DNA of 64,000 nucleotides from an uncultured Gemmatimonadales bacterium (GCA_963748815.1 CAVVKJ010000010.1:1024001-1088000), one strand, 5' to 3'; shown: positions 31,446 to 45,601, counted from the first letter of the stretch. The notes: generated by a model not told the origin, from the sequence alone. Numbers and translations: made by a program.

Positions 31446-32047
31446 TCGTCGCCCTCACCGGAAACATTGCCGCCGGGAAGTCCACCGTCGTCGCCCTCTT
31501 CAAGAGCTGGGGCGCCGGCATCGTGGACGCCGACCAGGTCGTCCGCGACCTCCAGCGCCCCGGCACCGAGGTGTTCCAGCAGATCGTGAAGCGGTTCGGC
31601 AAGGCGATCCTCACCCCCGGTGGGGAAATCGACCGCCCGGCCCTCCGCCGGCTGATCCTGGCCGACACCCGCGCCCGCTCCGACCTGAACGGCATCGTGC
31701 ACCCGGCGGTCCGCGCCCAGCGCGACACCCTGGTGGCCGCCGCCCGCGCCGCCGGCGCTCGAATCGTCATCGCCGACATCCCCCTCCTCTTCGAGGCCGC
31801 CGACCCCGCCGAATTCGACGCCGTCGTGCTGGTCGACGCCCCCGAAGCCACCCGCCTCCACCGGCTGGTGACGATGCGGGGCCTCCCGCGCGAGGACGCC
31901 GAACGGCTGATGGCGGCCCAGCAACCGAGCGCCGGGAAGCGCCCACGGAGCCAGTTTGTCATCGACAACGACGGCGACCGGGCCCAGCTCGAGCGCCGCA
32001 CCCGCGACGTCTGGCTCGCGCTCGAGGCGCGCGCCGCCGCCGCTTGA
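31442..32047 (+). CDS. coaE: Dephospho-CoA kinase
   Basis: [27 protein letters not shown]. Confidence 0.95.
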   Translation: MIVALTGNIAAGKSTVVALFKSWGAGIVDADQVVRDLQRPGTEVFQQIVKRFGKAILTPGGEIDRPALRRLILADTRARSDLNGIVHPAVRAQRDTLVAAARAAGARIVIADIPLLFEAADPAEFDAVVLVDAPEATRLHRLVTMRGLPREDAERLMAAQQPSAGKRPRSQFVIDNDGDRAQLERRTRDVWLALEARAAAA

Positions 32048-32072
32048 TTTCGGGCCACTTTCGGTCTATTCT
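32044..32072 (+). promoter_or_regulatory. Putative sigma70 promoter of gcvH
   Basis: TTGATT-N17-TATTCT. Confidence 0.55.
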
Positions 32073-32102
32073 CCGCCCCGAACAATCTTCCCGGGAGTAC
32101 GC

Positions 32103-32492
32103 GTGTCCAACGTGCCGGCCGATCTCCTCTACACCAGCGATCACGAATACGTCAAGAAGACGAGCGACCCCGCCATCGTGCAGGTCGGCATCACCGACTA
32201 CGCACAGGGCGAACTGGGCGACGTCGTCTTCGTGAACCTCCCCAAGAAGGGCGACAAGTTCGGGGCCCACGCCGTCTTCGGCACCATCGAGGCGGTCAAG
32301 GCGGTCTCCGAGCTCTACAGCCCCCTGGCCGGCGAAGTCGTCGAGGTCAACGGTGGCCTGGACGCCAACCCGGCGGCCATCAACACCGACCCCTACGGCG
32401 AGGGCTACCTGGTCAAGATCAAGGTGACCGACGCCGGCGAAATGGGTTCGCTGCTCTCGGCGGAGGCCTACAAGAAGCACATCGGCGAGTAA
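32103..32492 (+). CDS. gcvH: Glycine cleavage system H protein
   Basis: VGITDYAQGELGDVVFV, EAVKA lipoyl-lysine motif, DPYGEG. Confidence 0.96.
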   Translation: MSNVPADLLYTSDHEYVKKTSDPAIVQVGITDYAQGELGDVVFVNLPKKGDKFGAHAVFGTIEAVKAVSELYSPLAGEVVEVNGGLDANPAAINTDPYGEGYLVKIKVTDAGEMGSLLSAEAYKKHIGE

Positions 32493-32583
32493 CACACCGA
32501 TGCCGCAGTGCCCCGATTGACCGCGCGCCCCGCTCCCCTCGGACCGGGGCGTGCATTCTTATATGTGGTGAGGACGTAACCCC

Positions 32584-35484
<2,901 letters not shown>

Positions 35485-35489
35485 CGCCG

Positions 35490-36260
35490 ATGCGGTGGAC
35501 GCTCCTGCTCGACCCGCTGGGGCGACCCGGATGGCACAACATGGCGGTGGATCAGGCCCTCCTCGACCTCGCGGCCGGGGAGGGTCGTGCATTTCTGCGG
35601 CTCTACCGGTGGCAGCCGCACTGCCTCTCCTTCGGGCGCAACGAACCGGCGCGGAAACGGTACGACCGCGCCGCGATCGCGGCACTCGGGATCGACACCG
35701 TCCGTCGCCCGACGGGTGGACGCGCCGTCTGGCACGCGGAGGAGCTCACCTACGCCGTGGCCGCGCCGATCGAGACGTTCGGGACCCTTGCCGAGACCTA
35801 TCGACAAGTCCACGACACGATTGCCGAGGCACTACGCTCCCTCGGCTTCCCCGCGACGCTTGCGCCTCCGCCCCGGCGGAGCGACGCCCTCGATGCCGGC
35901 GCCTGCTTCGCGTCCCCGGCCGGCGGCGAGGTGGTGATGGACGGGAAGAAGGTCGTGGGCAGCGCCCAGCTCAGGGAGGGAGGCGCCTTCCTGCAACACG
36001 GCTCCATTCTCCTTGCCGGCTCCCAGCAACTGGTCAGCGACGTGACCCTCGGTGCACCGCCGGCCGAAGGTTCGGTCGCGCTGTCCGCAGTTCGAGGTAC
36101 GCCAGTCTCCTTCGAAGAAGTCGCATCGGCAGTCGCAGTTGCGGCCCGCTCGTGGTCAGGCGAATGGGATGAGGAGAGAGCCGATTCGATGCCACTTCCG
36201 GATGCGATCCAACGCCGGGGCGAGCAATTCCGCGGCGACGAGTGGACCTGGCGGAGGTAG
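35490..36260 (+). CDS. Lipoate-protein ligase A / octanoyltransferase (LipM-like)
   Basis: NMAVDQALL, LRLYRW, RRPTGGRAVWH, KKVVGSAQ, LQHGSI. Confidence 0.9.
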   Translation: MRWTLLLDPLGRPGWHNMAVDQALLDLAAGEGRAFLRLYRWQPHCLSFGRNEPARKRYDRAAIAALGIDTVRRPTGGRAVWHAEELTYAVAAPIETFGTLAETYRQVHDTIAEALRSLGFPATLAPPPRRSDALDAGACFASPAGGEVVMDGKKVVGSAQLREGGAFLQHGSILLAGSQQLVSDVTLGAPPAEGSVALSAVRGTPVSFEEVASAVAVAARSWSGEWDEERADSMPLPDAIQRRGEQFRGDEWTWRR

Positions 36261-36264
36261 GGTT

Positions 36265-36304
36265 CCCCCTCTCCCGGAGGGAGAGGGGGTCAGGGGGTGA
36301 GGGG
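36265..36304. repeat. REP-like palindrome / hairpin
   Basis: Perfect 11-bp stem CCCCCTCTCCC-GGA-GGGAGAGGGGG followed by TCAGGGGGTGAGGGG, a layout typical of CCCTCACCCC..CCCTCTCCC..GGGAGAGGG extragenic repeats. Confidence 0.6.
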
Positions 36305-36385
36305 TCGCCCCCGGTTGGCCAAAACCCTTTCCGGTGCGACATTACGAGGGCATCCCGGCCCGATCCCCCCACCCGAGGTTTGCTT

Positions 36386-38008
36386 GTGCGACGCCCCCTC
36401 CTGTCAGCCGCGCTGAGCCTGCTCTTCCTGTTCGCCGCCGCCACGGCAGCGACCGGCCAGGCCGCGACTCGGCAGGAGACGGTGGTCATCCTGATGGGAC
36501 GGGAGCCGGCCACCCCGATCCCCCTGCTGACCCAGGGGATGAGTGCCAACCAGGATGTGGCCAACCTCCTCTTCCTGCCGCTTGCCCAACTCGGCCCCAA
36601 CAACATCACCGTCGGCGACAAGGGCTTTGTCCCCATGCTCGCCCGGAGTTGGGTGCGGCGTGATTCGCTGACGCTGGTCTTCGAGATGGATCCCCGCGCG
36701 CGCTGGCACGATGGCGTCCCGGTGACCGCGCGCGACGCGGCCCTGGCGCTCAACCTCGCCCGGGACTCCACCATCAGCGCCGGTACGGCGCTGCTGCTCC
36801 GCCGGATCGCGAGCGCCACCGCCGAGGACGCCCTGCACCTGGTGGTCCGGTTCAGCGAGGCCTACGACGAACAGTTCTACGATGTCATCTACCAGGTGTC
36901 GCCGCTTCCGGCCCACCTCATCGACACCATTCCGAAGGGCGCGCTCAGGCAGTCCGCGTTTGCCTCCGCGCCGGTCGGCAACGGCCCCTATCGGTGGAGT
37001 CGGCGGGTGCCAGGTCAGCAGCTGGATCTCGTCGCCAACGATCAGTTCTTCCTCGGGAAGTCGGGCCCCCGCCGGGTGACGATTCTCACCGTTACCGATT
37101 CCGACGCGCGGATCAACCTGCTCCTGAGCGGCGGGGCCGACGTCCTCCAGACGCTGGGGACCACCACGGAGATCGCGCGCGTCCAGGCCGACAAGCGGCT
37201 GGCAATCTTCCCGACGCCGTCCTTCACCGTCGGCTACCTCCTCTTCAACCAGCGGGACCCGACCGACCTGAGCCGTCCGCATCCGATCCTGGCCAATCGT
37301 GACGTCCGGGCCGCGCTGCAGATGGCACTCGACATCCCAGCCATCGTCGAAGCCACGTTCGGCCCGTGGGCCAGTATCCCTGTGGGGCCGGTACCCGAAC
37401 TTTCCTGGATCCGGGACCCATCCACCCGGCCCGCCGCGCGGAACACGACCGGCGCGCTGGCGTTGCTGAAGGCGAACGGGTGGTTCGACACCGATGGCGA
37501 CGGGTACCTCGACAAGAGCGGGAAGCCGCTCGCGCTGTCGATCAGTTTTCCGGGGTCGAGCGCGCCCCGCGCACAGATCGCCCTGCTCGTGCAGGAGGAA
37601 CTCCGGCAGATCGGCGTGAAGGTCGAGCTGGCCCGGCTGGAGGGATCGGTCTGGAACGAGCGGAGAAACAAGGGCAACTTCGACATCGACTTCGGCCAGG
37701 CGACCCTCGACCCCTCACCCTACGGCCTCACGCAGAGCTGGGGATGCGCGGGGCGCGGCGGCAGCAACGTCGGGCACTTCTGCGACCCGGCGGTGGACTC
37801 GCTCCTTCGGGCGGCGCAGCTGAGCAGGAAGGATGCGCTGGCCCTCTACCGCCAGGCCGTCCGGACGCTGGTGGACGACGTCCCCGCCATCTTCGTCTAC
37901 TCACCGACGCTCCCCTTCACGGTGGCGAAGCGCATCCGCCGCGTCGAAATCAACCCGACGTACCTCTACTCGGCGCTCTGGCGATGGAACCCGGGCCCCC
38001 TCCCCTGA
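36386..38008 (+). CDS. Peptide ABC transporter substrate-binding protein (family 5)
   Basis: Signal peptide, WHDGVPVTARD, PVGNGPY, DVRAAL. Confidence 0.9.
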   Translation: MRRPLLSAALSLLFLFAAATAATGQAATRQETVVILMGREPATPIPLLTQGMSANQDVANLLFLPLAQLGPNNITVGDKGFVPMLARSWVRRDSLTLVFEMDPRARWHDGVPVTARDAALALNLARDSTISAGTALLLRRIASATAEDALHLVVRFSEAYDEQFYDVIYQVSPLPAHLIDTIPKGALRQSAFASAPVGNGPYRWSRRVPGQQLDLVANDQFFLGKSGPRRVTILTVTDSDARINLLLSGGADVLQTLGTTTEIARVQADKRLAIFPTPSFTVGYLLFNQRDPTDLSRPHPILANRDVRAALQMALDIPAIVEATFGPWASIPVGPVPELSWIRDPSTRPAARNTTGALALLKANGWFDTDGDGYLDKSGKPLALSISFPGSSAPRAQIALLVQEELRQIGVKVELARLEGSVWNERRNKGNFDIDFGQATLDPSPYGLTQSWGCAGRGGSNVGHFCDPAVDSLLRAAQLSRKDALALYRQAVRTLVDDVPAIFVYSPTLPFTVAKRIRRVEINPTYLYSALWRWNPGPLP

Positions 38009-38009
38009 C

Positions 38010-38984
38010 GTGACCCGCTGGCTCCTCAGGCGCCTCGCGCAGGCCGTGCTCACCTTCCTGGTGGTCACGGTGCTGCTATTCGTGCTCATGCGGCTCACGC
38101 CCGGCGACCCGCTCGAGCGGCTCACCGGCGACCGCCAGGTGTCCGCGCAGGAGACCGCCGAACTGCGCCGCCGCTTCGGCATCGACCAGCCCATCACCGA
38201 CCAGTTCACGACGTTCCTGGGCGGCGCCCTCCGCGGCGACCTCGGCGTCTCCATCGAGCACTACCCGACCCGTGTCTCCACCCTGCTCGCCACGCGTCTC
38301 CCCGCCTCGATGCTGCTGGGCGCCACCGTGCTGCTGATGACGTTCGGGATCGGGATCGCGCTCGGCGTCCTGCAGGCGGTACGCCGCGGACAGCCCACCG
38401 ACCGGTGGCTCACCCGCGCCTCGCTCGCCTTCTACGCGATGCCCTCCTTCTGGCTCGGGTTGGTGCTCGCCTGGTACTTCGGCATCCGGCATCAGTGGCT
38501 GCCGGTGGCGCAGATGCACGACCCGCTCCTCGGCCCCGACGCCGGCTGGCTCGCCAGCACCGGCGACCTGTTGCGCCACCTCGTCCTCCCCGCGGTGACC
38601 CTCACCGCCGTGAGTCTCGCCGCCGTCATGCGCTATCAGCGCACCGCCCTCCTCGAGGTGCTGCGGCTCGACTTCGTCCTCGCGGCCCGCGCGCGCGGCC
38701 TCCCCGAGCGCCAGGTCCTCTGGCGCCACGCCTGGCGGAACGCGCTCTTCCCTGTGATCGGCCTCCTCGGGCTCTGGCTGCCGATTCTCGTGTCCGGATC
38801 AGTCTTTGTGGAGCAGGTGTTCAACTGGCCGGGGCTCGGTTCGCTCGCGGCCAACGCGGTCGGCGCGCGCGACTACCCGGTCATCCTCGGCACCGCGATG
38901 CTGGTGTCCGCCCTGGTCCTCCTGGGCGGCATCCTGGCCGACCTCGGCTACTATGCCCTCGACCCGCGGGTGCGCCGCGCATGA
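38010..38984 (+). CDS. Peptide ABC transporter permease (OppB/DppB)
   Basis: PGDP, GDLGVS, EAA-type ARARGL, VEQVFNWPGLG, DPRVR. Confidence 0.93.
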   Translation: MTRWLLRRLAQAVLTFLVVTVLLFVLMRLTPGDPLERLTGDRQVSAQETAELRRRFGIDQPITDQFTTFLGGALRGDLGVSIEHYPTRVSTLLATRLPASMLLGATVLLMTFGIGIALGVLQAVRRGQPTDRWLTRASLAFYAMPSFWLGLVLAWYFGIRHQWLPVAQMHDPLLGPDAGWLASTGDLLRHLVLPAVTLTAVSLAAVMRYQRTALLEVLRLDFVLAARARGLPERQVLWRHAWRNALFPVIGLLGLWLPILVSGSVFVEQVFNWPGLGSLAANAVGARDYPVILGTAMLVSALVLLGGILADLGYYALDPRVRRA

Positions 38985-39823
38985 CCGGCTCGCTCTGGCG
39001 GCTCCTCTCGCGCACCGTCGCGAATCCCTCGGGACGGATCGGGCTGCTCATCCTCGCGCTGCTCACGGCGTTTGTGCTCATCGGACCCTGGCTCCTCCCC
39101 GACCCGAATGCGATGCCCGACCTGATGGCCGGCGCCCTCGCCCCCGGCGCGGGGCACCCCTTCGGCACCGACCAGCTCAATCGGGACGTCCTGGCGCGCG
39201 TGGTCACCGGCGGACGGATCTCGCTCTCCATCTCTGCGCTCGCGGTCGCGCTCGCCATCCTGCTCGGGGCGCTGGTCGGCGGCCTCGCCGGCTTCTACGG
39301 CGGATGGCTCGACGGCGCCCTGATGCGCGTCGTCGACGGCGCGCTCGCCATCCCCCGGCTCTTCCTCCTCCTGCTCCTGGTGGCCGTCTGGGAGCAGATG
39401 CCGCTTGCCGCGCTGGTCCTGGTGCTCGGCGCCACCGGCTGGTTCGGCACCAGCCGCATCGTCCGCGGCGAGATCCTGCGACTGCGGGAGGCGGAGTTCG
39501 TCTTTGCGGCCCGGGCGCTCGGCGCAGGTCCGGGACGGATTATCTTCCGGCACCTGCTCCCGAACGTCGCCGGGCCCCTGCTCGTGGCGGCCACCCTCGG
39601 CGTGGGTGACGTGATCCTCCTCGAGGCGGGACTGTCGTTTCTCGGCGTGGGCGTCCGCCCGCCGACCCCCTCCTGGGGCGGCATGATCCTCGACGCCCGG
39701 TCGCTCCTGACGACGGCGCCCTGGGCCAGCCTCTTTCCCGGCCTGGCCATCGTCGTGACCGTCCTGGCCGTCAATCTCATCGGCGACGCCCTGCGCGGCG
39801 CCCTCGACCCCCGGAGCGCATGA
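38981..39823 (+). CDS. Peptide ABC transporter permease (OppC/DppC)
   Basis: [33 protein letters not shown]. Confidence 0.93.
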   Translation: MTGSLWRLLSRTVANPSGRIGLLILALLTAFVLIGPWLLPDPNAMPDLMAGALAPGAGHPFGTDQLNRDVLARVVTGGRISLSISALAVALAILLGALVGGLAGFYGGWLDGALMRVVDGALAIPRLFLLLLLVAVWEQMPLAALVLVLGATGWFGTSRIVRGEILRLREAEFVFAARALGAGPGRIIFRHLLPNVAGPLLVAATLGVGDVILLEAGLSFLGVGVRPPTPSWGGMILDARSLLTTAPWASLFPGLAIVVTVLAVNLIGDALRGALDPRSA

Positions 39824-40797
39824 CCCCACTGCTGGAAGTTGAGGACCTGCGCATCGCCTTCCCGTCGTCGGGCGGCACCTCGCGCCCGGTGGACGGCGTG
39901 AGCTTCTCGCTGTCGAAGGGGGAGCTGCTCGCCGTGGTCGGCGAATCAGGCTGCGGCAAGAGCCTGACCTCCCTCGCTCTCCTCCGCCTCGTCCCGCCCC
40001 CGGGCCAGATTCTCCCCGGCAGCGCCATCCGCCTCGACGGCACCGACGTGCTCGCGTTGGGCGATGCAGAGCTGCGCGCCATCCGGGGCCGCCGCATCGG
40101 GATGATCTTCCAGGATCCGATGACCAGCCTCAACCCGGTCTTCACCGTGGCCGACCAGATCAGCGAGAGCGTCCGGGCGCACCAGCGCGTCTCAAAGCAC
40201 GCCGCCCGAGCCCGCGCCCTTGAGCTGCTGCGGGAAGTGGGGATCCCGGACCCCGTCGAGCGACTCGACAATTATCCGCACCAGATGAGCGGCGGCATGC
40301 GGCAGCGGGTGATGATCGCCATCGCCCTCGCCTCGGAGCCGGAGCTCCTCATTGCCGACGAACCGACCACGGCGCTCGACGTGACGGTGCAGGCCCAGAT
40401 TCTCGAGCTGCTCGACGGCCTCCGCGCGGCGCGCGGCATGGCCGTGCTCCTGATCACCCACGACCTCGGCATCGTGGCGGGTCGCGCCGATCGGGTGGCG
40501 GTGATGTACGCCGGCCGGCTCGTGGAAGAGGCTCGCACCGCCGACTTGTTCGCCCGTCCCTCGCATCCCTACACCAAGGGGCTGCTCGCCTCCGTGCCGC
40601 GCATCACCGGGGCGGTCACCCGGCTCACGCCGATCGCCGGCACCGTACCGCCCCCCACGGCGTGGCCCTCCGGCTGCCGATTTCACCCGCGGTGTCCTGC
40701 CGCCCTTTCCCGCTGCGCCACCGACGATCCCCCCGCCCTGGCCCTCGGACAGCACCACCGGATGCGCTGCTGGCTGGCCGAAGGTGGGGCATCGTGA
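39820..40797 (+). CDS. Peptide ABC transporter ATPase (OppD/DppD)
   Basis: [35 protein letters not shown]. Confidence 0.95.
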   Translation: MTPLLEVEDLRIAFPSSGGTSRPVDGVSFSLSKGELLAVVGESGCGKSLTSLALLRLVPPPGQILPGSAIRLDGTDVLALGDAELRAIRGRRIGMIFQDPMTSLNPVFTVADQISESVRAHQRVSKHAARARALELLREVGIPDPVERLDNYPHQMSGGMRQRVMIAIALASEPELLIADEPTTALDVTVQAQILELLDGLRAARGMAVLLITHDLGIVAGRADRVAVMYAGRLVEEARTADLFARPSHPYTKGLLASVPRITGAVTRLTPIAGTVPPPTAWPSGCRFHPRCPAALSRCATDDPPALALGQHHRMRCWLAEGGAS

Positions 40798-41771
40798 CGA
40801 CACCCTTGATCGAAGTGCGCGACCTGGTCAAGCACTACAAGGCCACCGGATTCCTGGCGCGGAAGTCGCCGCCGGTCCGCGCGGTGGACGGCGTCTCCTT
40901 CACCGTCGGCAAGGGGGAGACGCTCGGCCTCGTCGGGGAATCCGGCTGCGGCAAGTCGACGGTCGGGCGCACGATCCTCCGGCTGCAGGACGCCACGGCG
41001 GGGTCGGTCTCGTTCGATGGTTCGGATTTCTTTGCGCTGGATGCGGCCGCGCTGCGGCAGGCCCGCCGCCGGCTCCAGATCATCTTCCAGGATCCGTACA
41101 GCTCGCTCAACCCGCGGATGACCGTCGGCGACGCGATCGCCGAGGGGATCGAGATTCACCGGCTCGCGCCGCGCGCCGAGATTCCCGGGCGCGTGGCGCA
41201 ACTGCTGGAGGAAGTCGGCCTCGACGCCGGCTACGCGACACGCTATCCGCACGAGTTCTCCGGCGGTCAGCGCCAGCGGATCGGCATCGCACGGGCGCTC
41301 GCGGTCGAACCCGCGTTCATCGTCTGTGACGAACCGGTGTCCGCGCTCGACGTGTCGGTGCAGGCGCAGGTGTTGAACCTCCTGGCCGACCTGCAGGCGC
41401 GGCGCGGCATCTCCTACCTGTTCATCGCGCACGACCTCGCGGTGGTGCGGCAGATCGCGCACCGGGTGGCGGTGATGTACCTCGGGCGCATCGTCGAGAC
41501 GGGCCCGACCGAGGACATCCTCGCACGCCCCGCGCACCCCTACACGAAGGCCCTGCTCTCCGCGGTGCCGGTGCCCGATCCGGAGACGCAGCGGCTGCGC
41601 ATCGTGCTCCCCGGAGACCCGCCGAGTCCCTCCAATCCCCCGCCGGGGTGCGCCTTCCACCCCCGGTGCCCGCACCCCGCCAAGGACGCGAGGTGCACGA
41701 CGGAGCGACCGATCCTGCACCAGATCGGCGGAGCGGAGGTGGCCTGCCACCATGCGTTGGCCGCCACATGA
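40794..41771 (+). CDS. Peptide ABC transporter ATPase (OppF/DppF)
   Basis: [33 protein letters not shown]. Confidence 0.95.
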   Translation: MTTPLIEVRDLVKHYKATGFLARKSPPVRAVDGVSFTVGKGETLGLVGESGCGKSTVGRTILRLQDATAGSVSFDGSDFFALDAAALRQARRRLQIIFQDPYSSLNPRMTVGDAIAEGIEIHRLAPRAEIPGRVAQLLEEVGLDAGYATRYPHEFSGGQRQRIGIARALAVEPAFIVCDEPVSALDVSVQAQVLNLLADLQARRGISYLFIAHDLAVVRQIAHRVAVMYLGRIVETGPTEDILARPAHPYTKALLSAVPVPDPETQRLRIVLPGDPPSPSNPPPGCAFHPRCPHPAKDARCTTERPILHQIGGAEVACHHALAAT

Positions 41772-42169
41772 GTCGCACCCGCATCTCCAGCGGCGCCCCC
41801 TGGGAGGCGATCGTCGGGTACTCCCGTGCCGTCCGCATGGGTCGCTGGGTGCACGTGTCGGGCACCACCGCCACTGACGGTAAGGGTGGCATCGTCGGCG
41901 AGGGAGACGTCTACGCGCAGGCGGTCCAGACCCTCGACAACATCGAACGCGCCCTGCTCCAGGCCGGCGCGACAATGGCCGACGTGGTCCGCACCCGCAT
42001 GTACGTGACAAACATCGACCAATGGGAAGCCGTCGGGCGGGCCCATGGCGAGCGGTTCGGCGACATCCGGCCCGCCACCAGCATGGTGGAGGTGAGTCGG
42101 CTCATCGACCCCCGCATGCTCGTCGAAATCGAGGCCGACGCCCGACTCGACGGGGCCGACGACGACTGA
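41768..42169 (+). CDS. RidA/YjgF family protein
   Basis: [40 protein letters not shown]. Confidence 0.9.
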   Translation: MSRTRISSGAPWEAIVGYSRAVRMGRWVHVSGTTATDGKGGIVGEGDVYAQAVQTLDNIERALLQAGATMADVVRTRMYVTNIDQWEAVGRAHGERFGDIRPATSMVEVSRLIDPRMLVEIEADARLDGADDD

Positions 42170-42197
42170 CCCCGTTCTCCCTCCAGGAACACCGACC

Positions 42198-42986
42198 ATG
42201 CCGCTGCCGCTCCATCACATCGACGCTTTCACTGACCGCCCCTTCGCGGGCAACCCCGCCGCGGTCTGCCTCCTCGAGCGCGACATGGACGCCGCCTGGA
42301 TGCAGTCGGTCGCGGCGGAAATGAACCTCTCCGAGACCGCCTTCCTCCTGCCACGCCCCGATGGCTTCGGCCTCCGCTGGTTCACGCCCGCGGTCGAGGT
42401 GGAACTCTGCGGACACGCGACGCTGGCCAGCGCGCACTTCCTCTGGTCAGAGCGGCTCATCAAGCCGAAGGCCGTCGCCCGCTTCCACACCCTGAGCGGC
42501 GTCCTGACCGCAACGCAGCGGGACGGATGGATCGAACTCGATTTCCCCGCCACGCCAGCGACCCCCGCCCCCGCCCCCGCGGGGATGGCGGCCGCCCTCG
42601 GCTGCGCGCCGGTCGCGGTGGCCAAGTCGGCGTACGACTACCTGATCGAGGTGGCGAAGGAATCCGAGGTGCGCGCACTCGAACCGGACTACCGCGCGCT
42701 CCGGGTGGTGAATGCGCGCGGCGTGATCGTCACTGCCGTCGGCGACAACGGGAAGTACGATTTCGTCTCCCGGTTCTTCGGCCCCGCCGTCGGCATCGAC
42801 GAGGATCCGGTGACCGGCTCGGCGCACTGCGTCCTCGGCCCCTACTGGCAGGAGCGGCTCGGCAAGTCCTCGTTCCTGGCCTATCAGGCCTCACCGCGCG
42901 GCGGCGAGGTCCGGGTCGAGGTGAAGGGCGACCGCGTCCACCTCGGTGGGAAGGCCGTCACCGTGTCGCGCGGGGAACTCCTGTGA
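42198..42986 (+). CDS. PhzF family epimerase/isomerase
   Basis: DAFTDRPFAGNPAAV, EMNLSETAF, LCGHATLA, EDPVTGSAH. Confidence 0.93.
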   Translation: MPLPLHHIDAFTDRPFAGNPAAVCLLERDMDAAWMQSVAAEMNLSETAFLLPRPDGFGLRWFTPAVEVELCGHATLASAHFLWSERLIKPKAVARFHTLSGVLTATQRDGWIELDFPATPATPAPAPAGMAAALGCAPVAVAKSAYDYLIEVAKESEVRALEPDYRALRVVNARGVIVTAVGDNGKYDFVSRFFGPAVGIDEDPVTGSAHCVLGPYWQERLGKSSFLAYQASPRGGEVRVEVKGDRVHLGGKAVTVSRGELL

Positions 42987-43318
42987 GCGAGGCGGCCGTC
43001 GAGGCCTTCGGCCTTCTCGACATGCGTGTCGGTCGGATCACCCGCGCCGAACCCAACACCGGCGCGCGCAAGCCGTCGTACCGCCTCTGGGTGGACTTTG
43101 GCGACCTGGGCCAGCGCACCTCGAGCGCGCAACTCACCGAGGTGTACACGGCGGAGGAATTGGTGGGTCGCCAGGTCGTCGCGGCGGTGAACCTCGGATC
43201 CCGGCGCATCGCGGGCTTCCTGTCGGAGGTGCTGGTGCTCGGGGTGCCGAACGAGGCGGGACAGGTCGTACTGCTGCAACCAGAACGGACCGTGCCGCTC
43301 GGCGGCCGAGTCTACTGA
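42983..43318 (+). CDS. csaA: tRNA-binding / protein export chaperone CsaA
   Basis: DMRVGRI, ARKPSY, SSAQLT, VNL..RRIAGFLSEVLVLG. Confidence 0.9.
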   Translation: MSEAAVEAFGLLDMRVGRITRAEPNTGARKPSYRLWVDFGDLGQRTSSAQLTEVYTAEELVGRQVVAAVNLGSRRIAGFLSEVLVLGVPNEAGQVVLLQPERTVPLGGRVY

Positions 43319-43329
43319 GGGGTGTGACG

Positions 43330-44154
43330 ATGCGGGTCTATCTGTCGGTGGACATGGAGGGCGTGGCGGGGGTGGTGCACGAGGACCAGACCAACCCGAT
43401 CGACCCGAACTGCGCCGGCGAGTACGGGCGCTTCCGGCGGATCATGACCGGTGAAGCCAACGCGGCCGTGGAGGGTGCCCTGTCGGCGGGCGCCACTCGC
43501 GTGGTGGTCAACGACAGCCACTGGCTGATGCGGAACCTCCTGGCCGAGGAACTCCACCCAGCCGCCGAACTGGTGAGCGGCTCGACCAAGCCCCGCTCGA
43601 TGCTGGAAGGCATCGAGGAGGGATTCGAAGCCGCCTGCTTCATCGGGTACCACGCCCGGGCCGGGACGGCGCACGCCGTCCTCGATCACACCTACACCGA
43701 CCGGATCTTTCGGGTGACGCTCAATGGGCAGGAGGTGGGCGAACTCGGGCTGAACGCTGCGCTGGCGGGAAGATTCGGCGTGCCGGTGGCGCTGGTATCG
43801 GGCGACCAGGCGCTCGCCGCGGAATGCGACGGGCTGCTCGGCCCGGGCACCCGTGCGGTCGTGGTGAAGCACGCCGTGGCCCGGCACGGGGCGCGGTCAC
43901 TGGCCCCCTCGGAGGCGTGCCGGCTCATCCGCGAGGGAGTCGCAGCGGCGGTGCGCCAGCCGCCGACGCCGTGGACGGTCTCGTCGCCGGCCACGATCGA
44001 GGTGGAGTTTTGCTCGAGTCATCACGCCGACATGGCCGAGCTGGTCCCGGGCGCGCACCGCACCGGAGGGCGGACGGTGCGGGTGACACACGTGGACTAC
44101 GCCGAGGCGTTCACGGCGTTCCGGGCACTGTACAACCTGGCGTCGGTGCCCTGA
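43330..44154 (+). CDS. dppA: M55 family D-aminopeptidase
   Basis: SVDMEG, VNDSH, GYHA, HTY, GELGLNA. Confidence 0.93.
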   Translation: MRVYLSVDMEGVAGVVHEDQTNPIDPNCAGEYGRFRRIMTGEANAAVEGALSAGATRVVVNDSHWLMRNLLAEELHPAAELVSGSTKPRSMLEGIEEGFEAACFIGYHARAGTAHAVLDHTYTDRIFRVTLNGQEVGELGLNAALAGRFGVPVALVSGDQALAAECDGLLGPGTRAVVVKHAVARHGARSLAPSEACRLIREGVAAAVRQPPTPWTVSSPATIEVEFCSSHHADMAELVPGAHRTGGRTVRVTHVDYAEAFTAFRALYNLASVP

Positions 44155-45601
44155 CCTCGGCCAGCGCGCGCGACGCCGCCAGGCGGGAGAGGTTCCACTC
44201 GGTCCCCGCCTTCGAATCCCGCCCCCACCGCGCCTCCAGCTCCGCCAGCGCCATGCACTGATCCGCGGCGGACATCGACTCCGCCCCGCGCAGCACCGTC
44301 GGCACGGCGTCGGCGCTCAGGCTCGTCAGGTACGGTCGATCCAGCGACACGCCGCCGCGTGCACGCTCGAGGTTGACCCCGGCGATGAGGGCGTCGGGAT
44401 TGATCACGTTGAGCGCCAGCAGGACCGCGAAGGCCCCCGCCAGCGCGCCCGGCACGAAGCGCGACCGCCGCCCCCGCAGCACCGTCGCCCCGAACCACCC
44501 GAACATCCCGGCCAGCCACGCCATGAACGCGATGGTGTAGAAGCGCTGCTCGGTCAGGCCATAGAACGACTCGTAGAGCACCATCCGGTGGAAGGCGCTG
44601 GCGAGAATCAGCACGAGCAGGACGATGACGGCGGCCGTCAGCCGGTGAAACCGGGCCACCGCAGCGTGCTCGCGACCGCTCAGGCACCAGTCGGCGAAGT
44701 ACAGGATTGGCATCGAAAGCGCCGCCACCGCGACCATCTCGAAGAACCCCTGCCGGGCGTATTGCGAAATGGTGATCCCCATCGTCGCCTGGAAGTCCTG
44801 CGCGGACAGGAACAGCTCGCCCGCCTGGAATCCGACGAAGACCGCCAGCAGCCCGCCGATCGCGGCGACGAAGGTGTAGAGGATGGTGGGTTGCAATTCC
44901 GGCCGCGGCAACACCGGCGCCGGCCGGCGCCCCTCCAGCCAGAACCCGCTCCGCAGGAGGCCGACGCCGATCCAGCTGAACACGCCGACCCGCACCACGT
45001 GATCCACCTGCTCGAACAGGTCGAACCTGAACGCCCGGGACATCGTGTCGGCAAAGAGAGGATCGGCGGAGCCGAGGAGCGACCCGAAGACCAGCAGGAC
45101 CGGGATGGCGGCGACGAGCCCGATTCCGACCGAGGCGAGGCGGCGCGTCCTGCCCGTCACCGGAAGGCCCGTCCACTCGATGTCGCCGGCCAGCGCCGGC
45201 AACGGTCCGAGGAGGATGCCACCCGCCACCCGGAGGCCACCGAGGACGAGCGCGGCGACCGGAATCTGGCTCAGCGTCCTGACCTGGCTGGTCGCCGCGA
45301 CGAGGACCAGCAACATGCCGAGCCACAGCAGGTTGAGCGCGAAGAGTGCCTCAGAGTCCCGCCAGATGAGGCAGGGAATTGTCACCCACGCGGCCAGGGC
45401 CAGCCATCGCGCCGGCGGAAGCACAGCAAGTGCGCCGGCGCGGATGAGCGCGGTGGCGCCCAACAAGGCGGCGCCGATCCAGAGCGCGAGACTGAGCCGC
45501 TCCGGCACCCAAAGCTGCAGTGCCTCTCCCGAAATTCCCAGGAGCAGGCCGACGCTGAGCAGGGCGAGCGCCCTCGAGGTACGACTCTGCACGCCGCTCA
45601 C
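44111..45601 (-). CDS. DUF4153/DUF4173 family multi-pass membrane protein
   Basis: LLGSADPLF, QYARQGFFE, RMVLYESFYGLT, NPDALIA..N, YLTSLSADAVP. Confidence 0.85.
   Translation of the reverse strand: MSGVQSRTSRALALLSVGLLLGISGEALQLWVPERLSLALWIGAALLGATALIRAGALAVLPPARWLALAAWVTIPCLIWRDSEALFALNLLWLGMLLVLVAATSQVRTLSQIPVAALVLGGLRVAGGILLGPLPALAGDIEWTGLPVTGRTRRLASVGIGLVAAIPVLLVFGSLLGSADPLFADTMSRAFRFDLFEQVDHVVRVGVFSWIGVGLLRSGFWLEGRRPAPVLPRPELQPTILYTFVAAIGGLLAVFVGFQAGELFLSAQDFQATMGITISQYARQGFFEMVAVAALSMPILYFADWCLSGREHAAVARFHRLTAAVIVLLVLILASAFHRMVLYESFYGLTEQRFYTIAFMAWLAGMFGWFGATVLRGRRSRFVPGALAGAFAVLLALNVINPDALIAGVNLERARGGVSLDRPYLTSLSADAVPTVLRGAESMSAADQCMALAELEARWGRDSKAGTEWNLSRLAASRALAEVRAPTPGCTVPGTP

Noticed and set aside
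32493..32583. Glycine riboswitch or terminator between gcvH and gcvP
   Set aside because: Only a simple GC hairpin is present, with no GGAGA/CTCTCAGG aptamer motifs and no convincing U tract.
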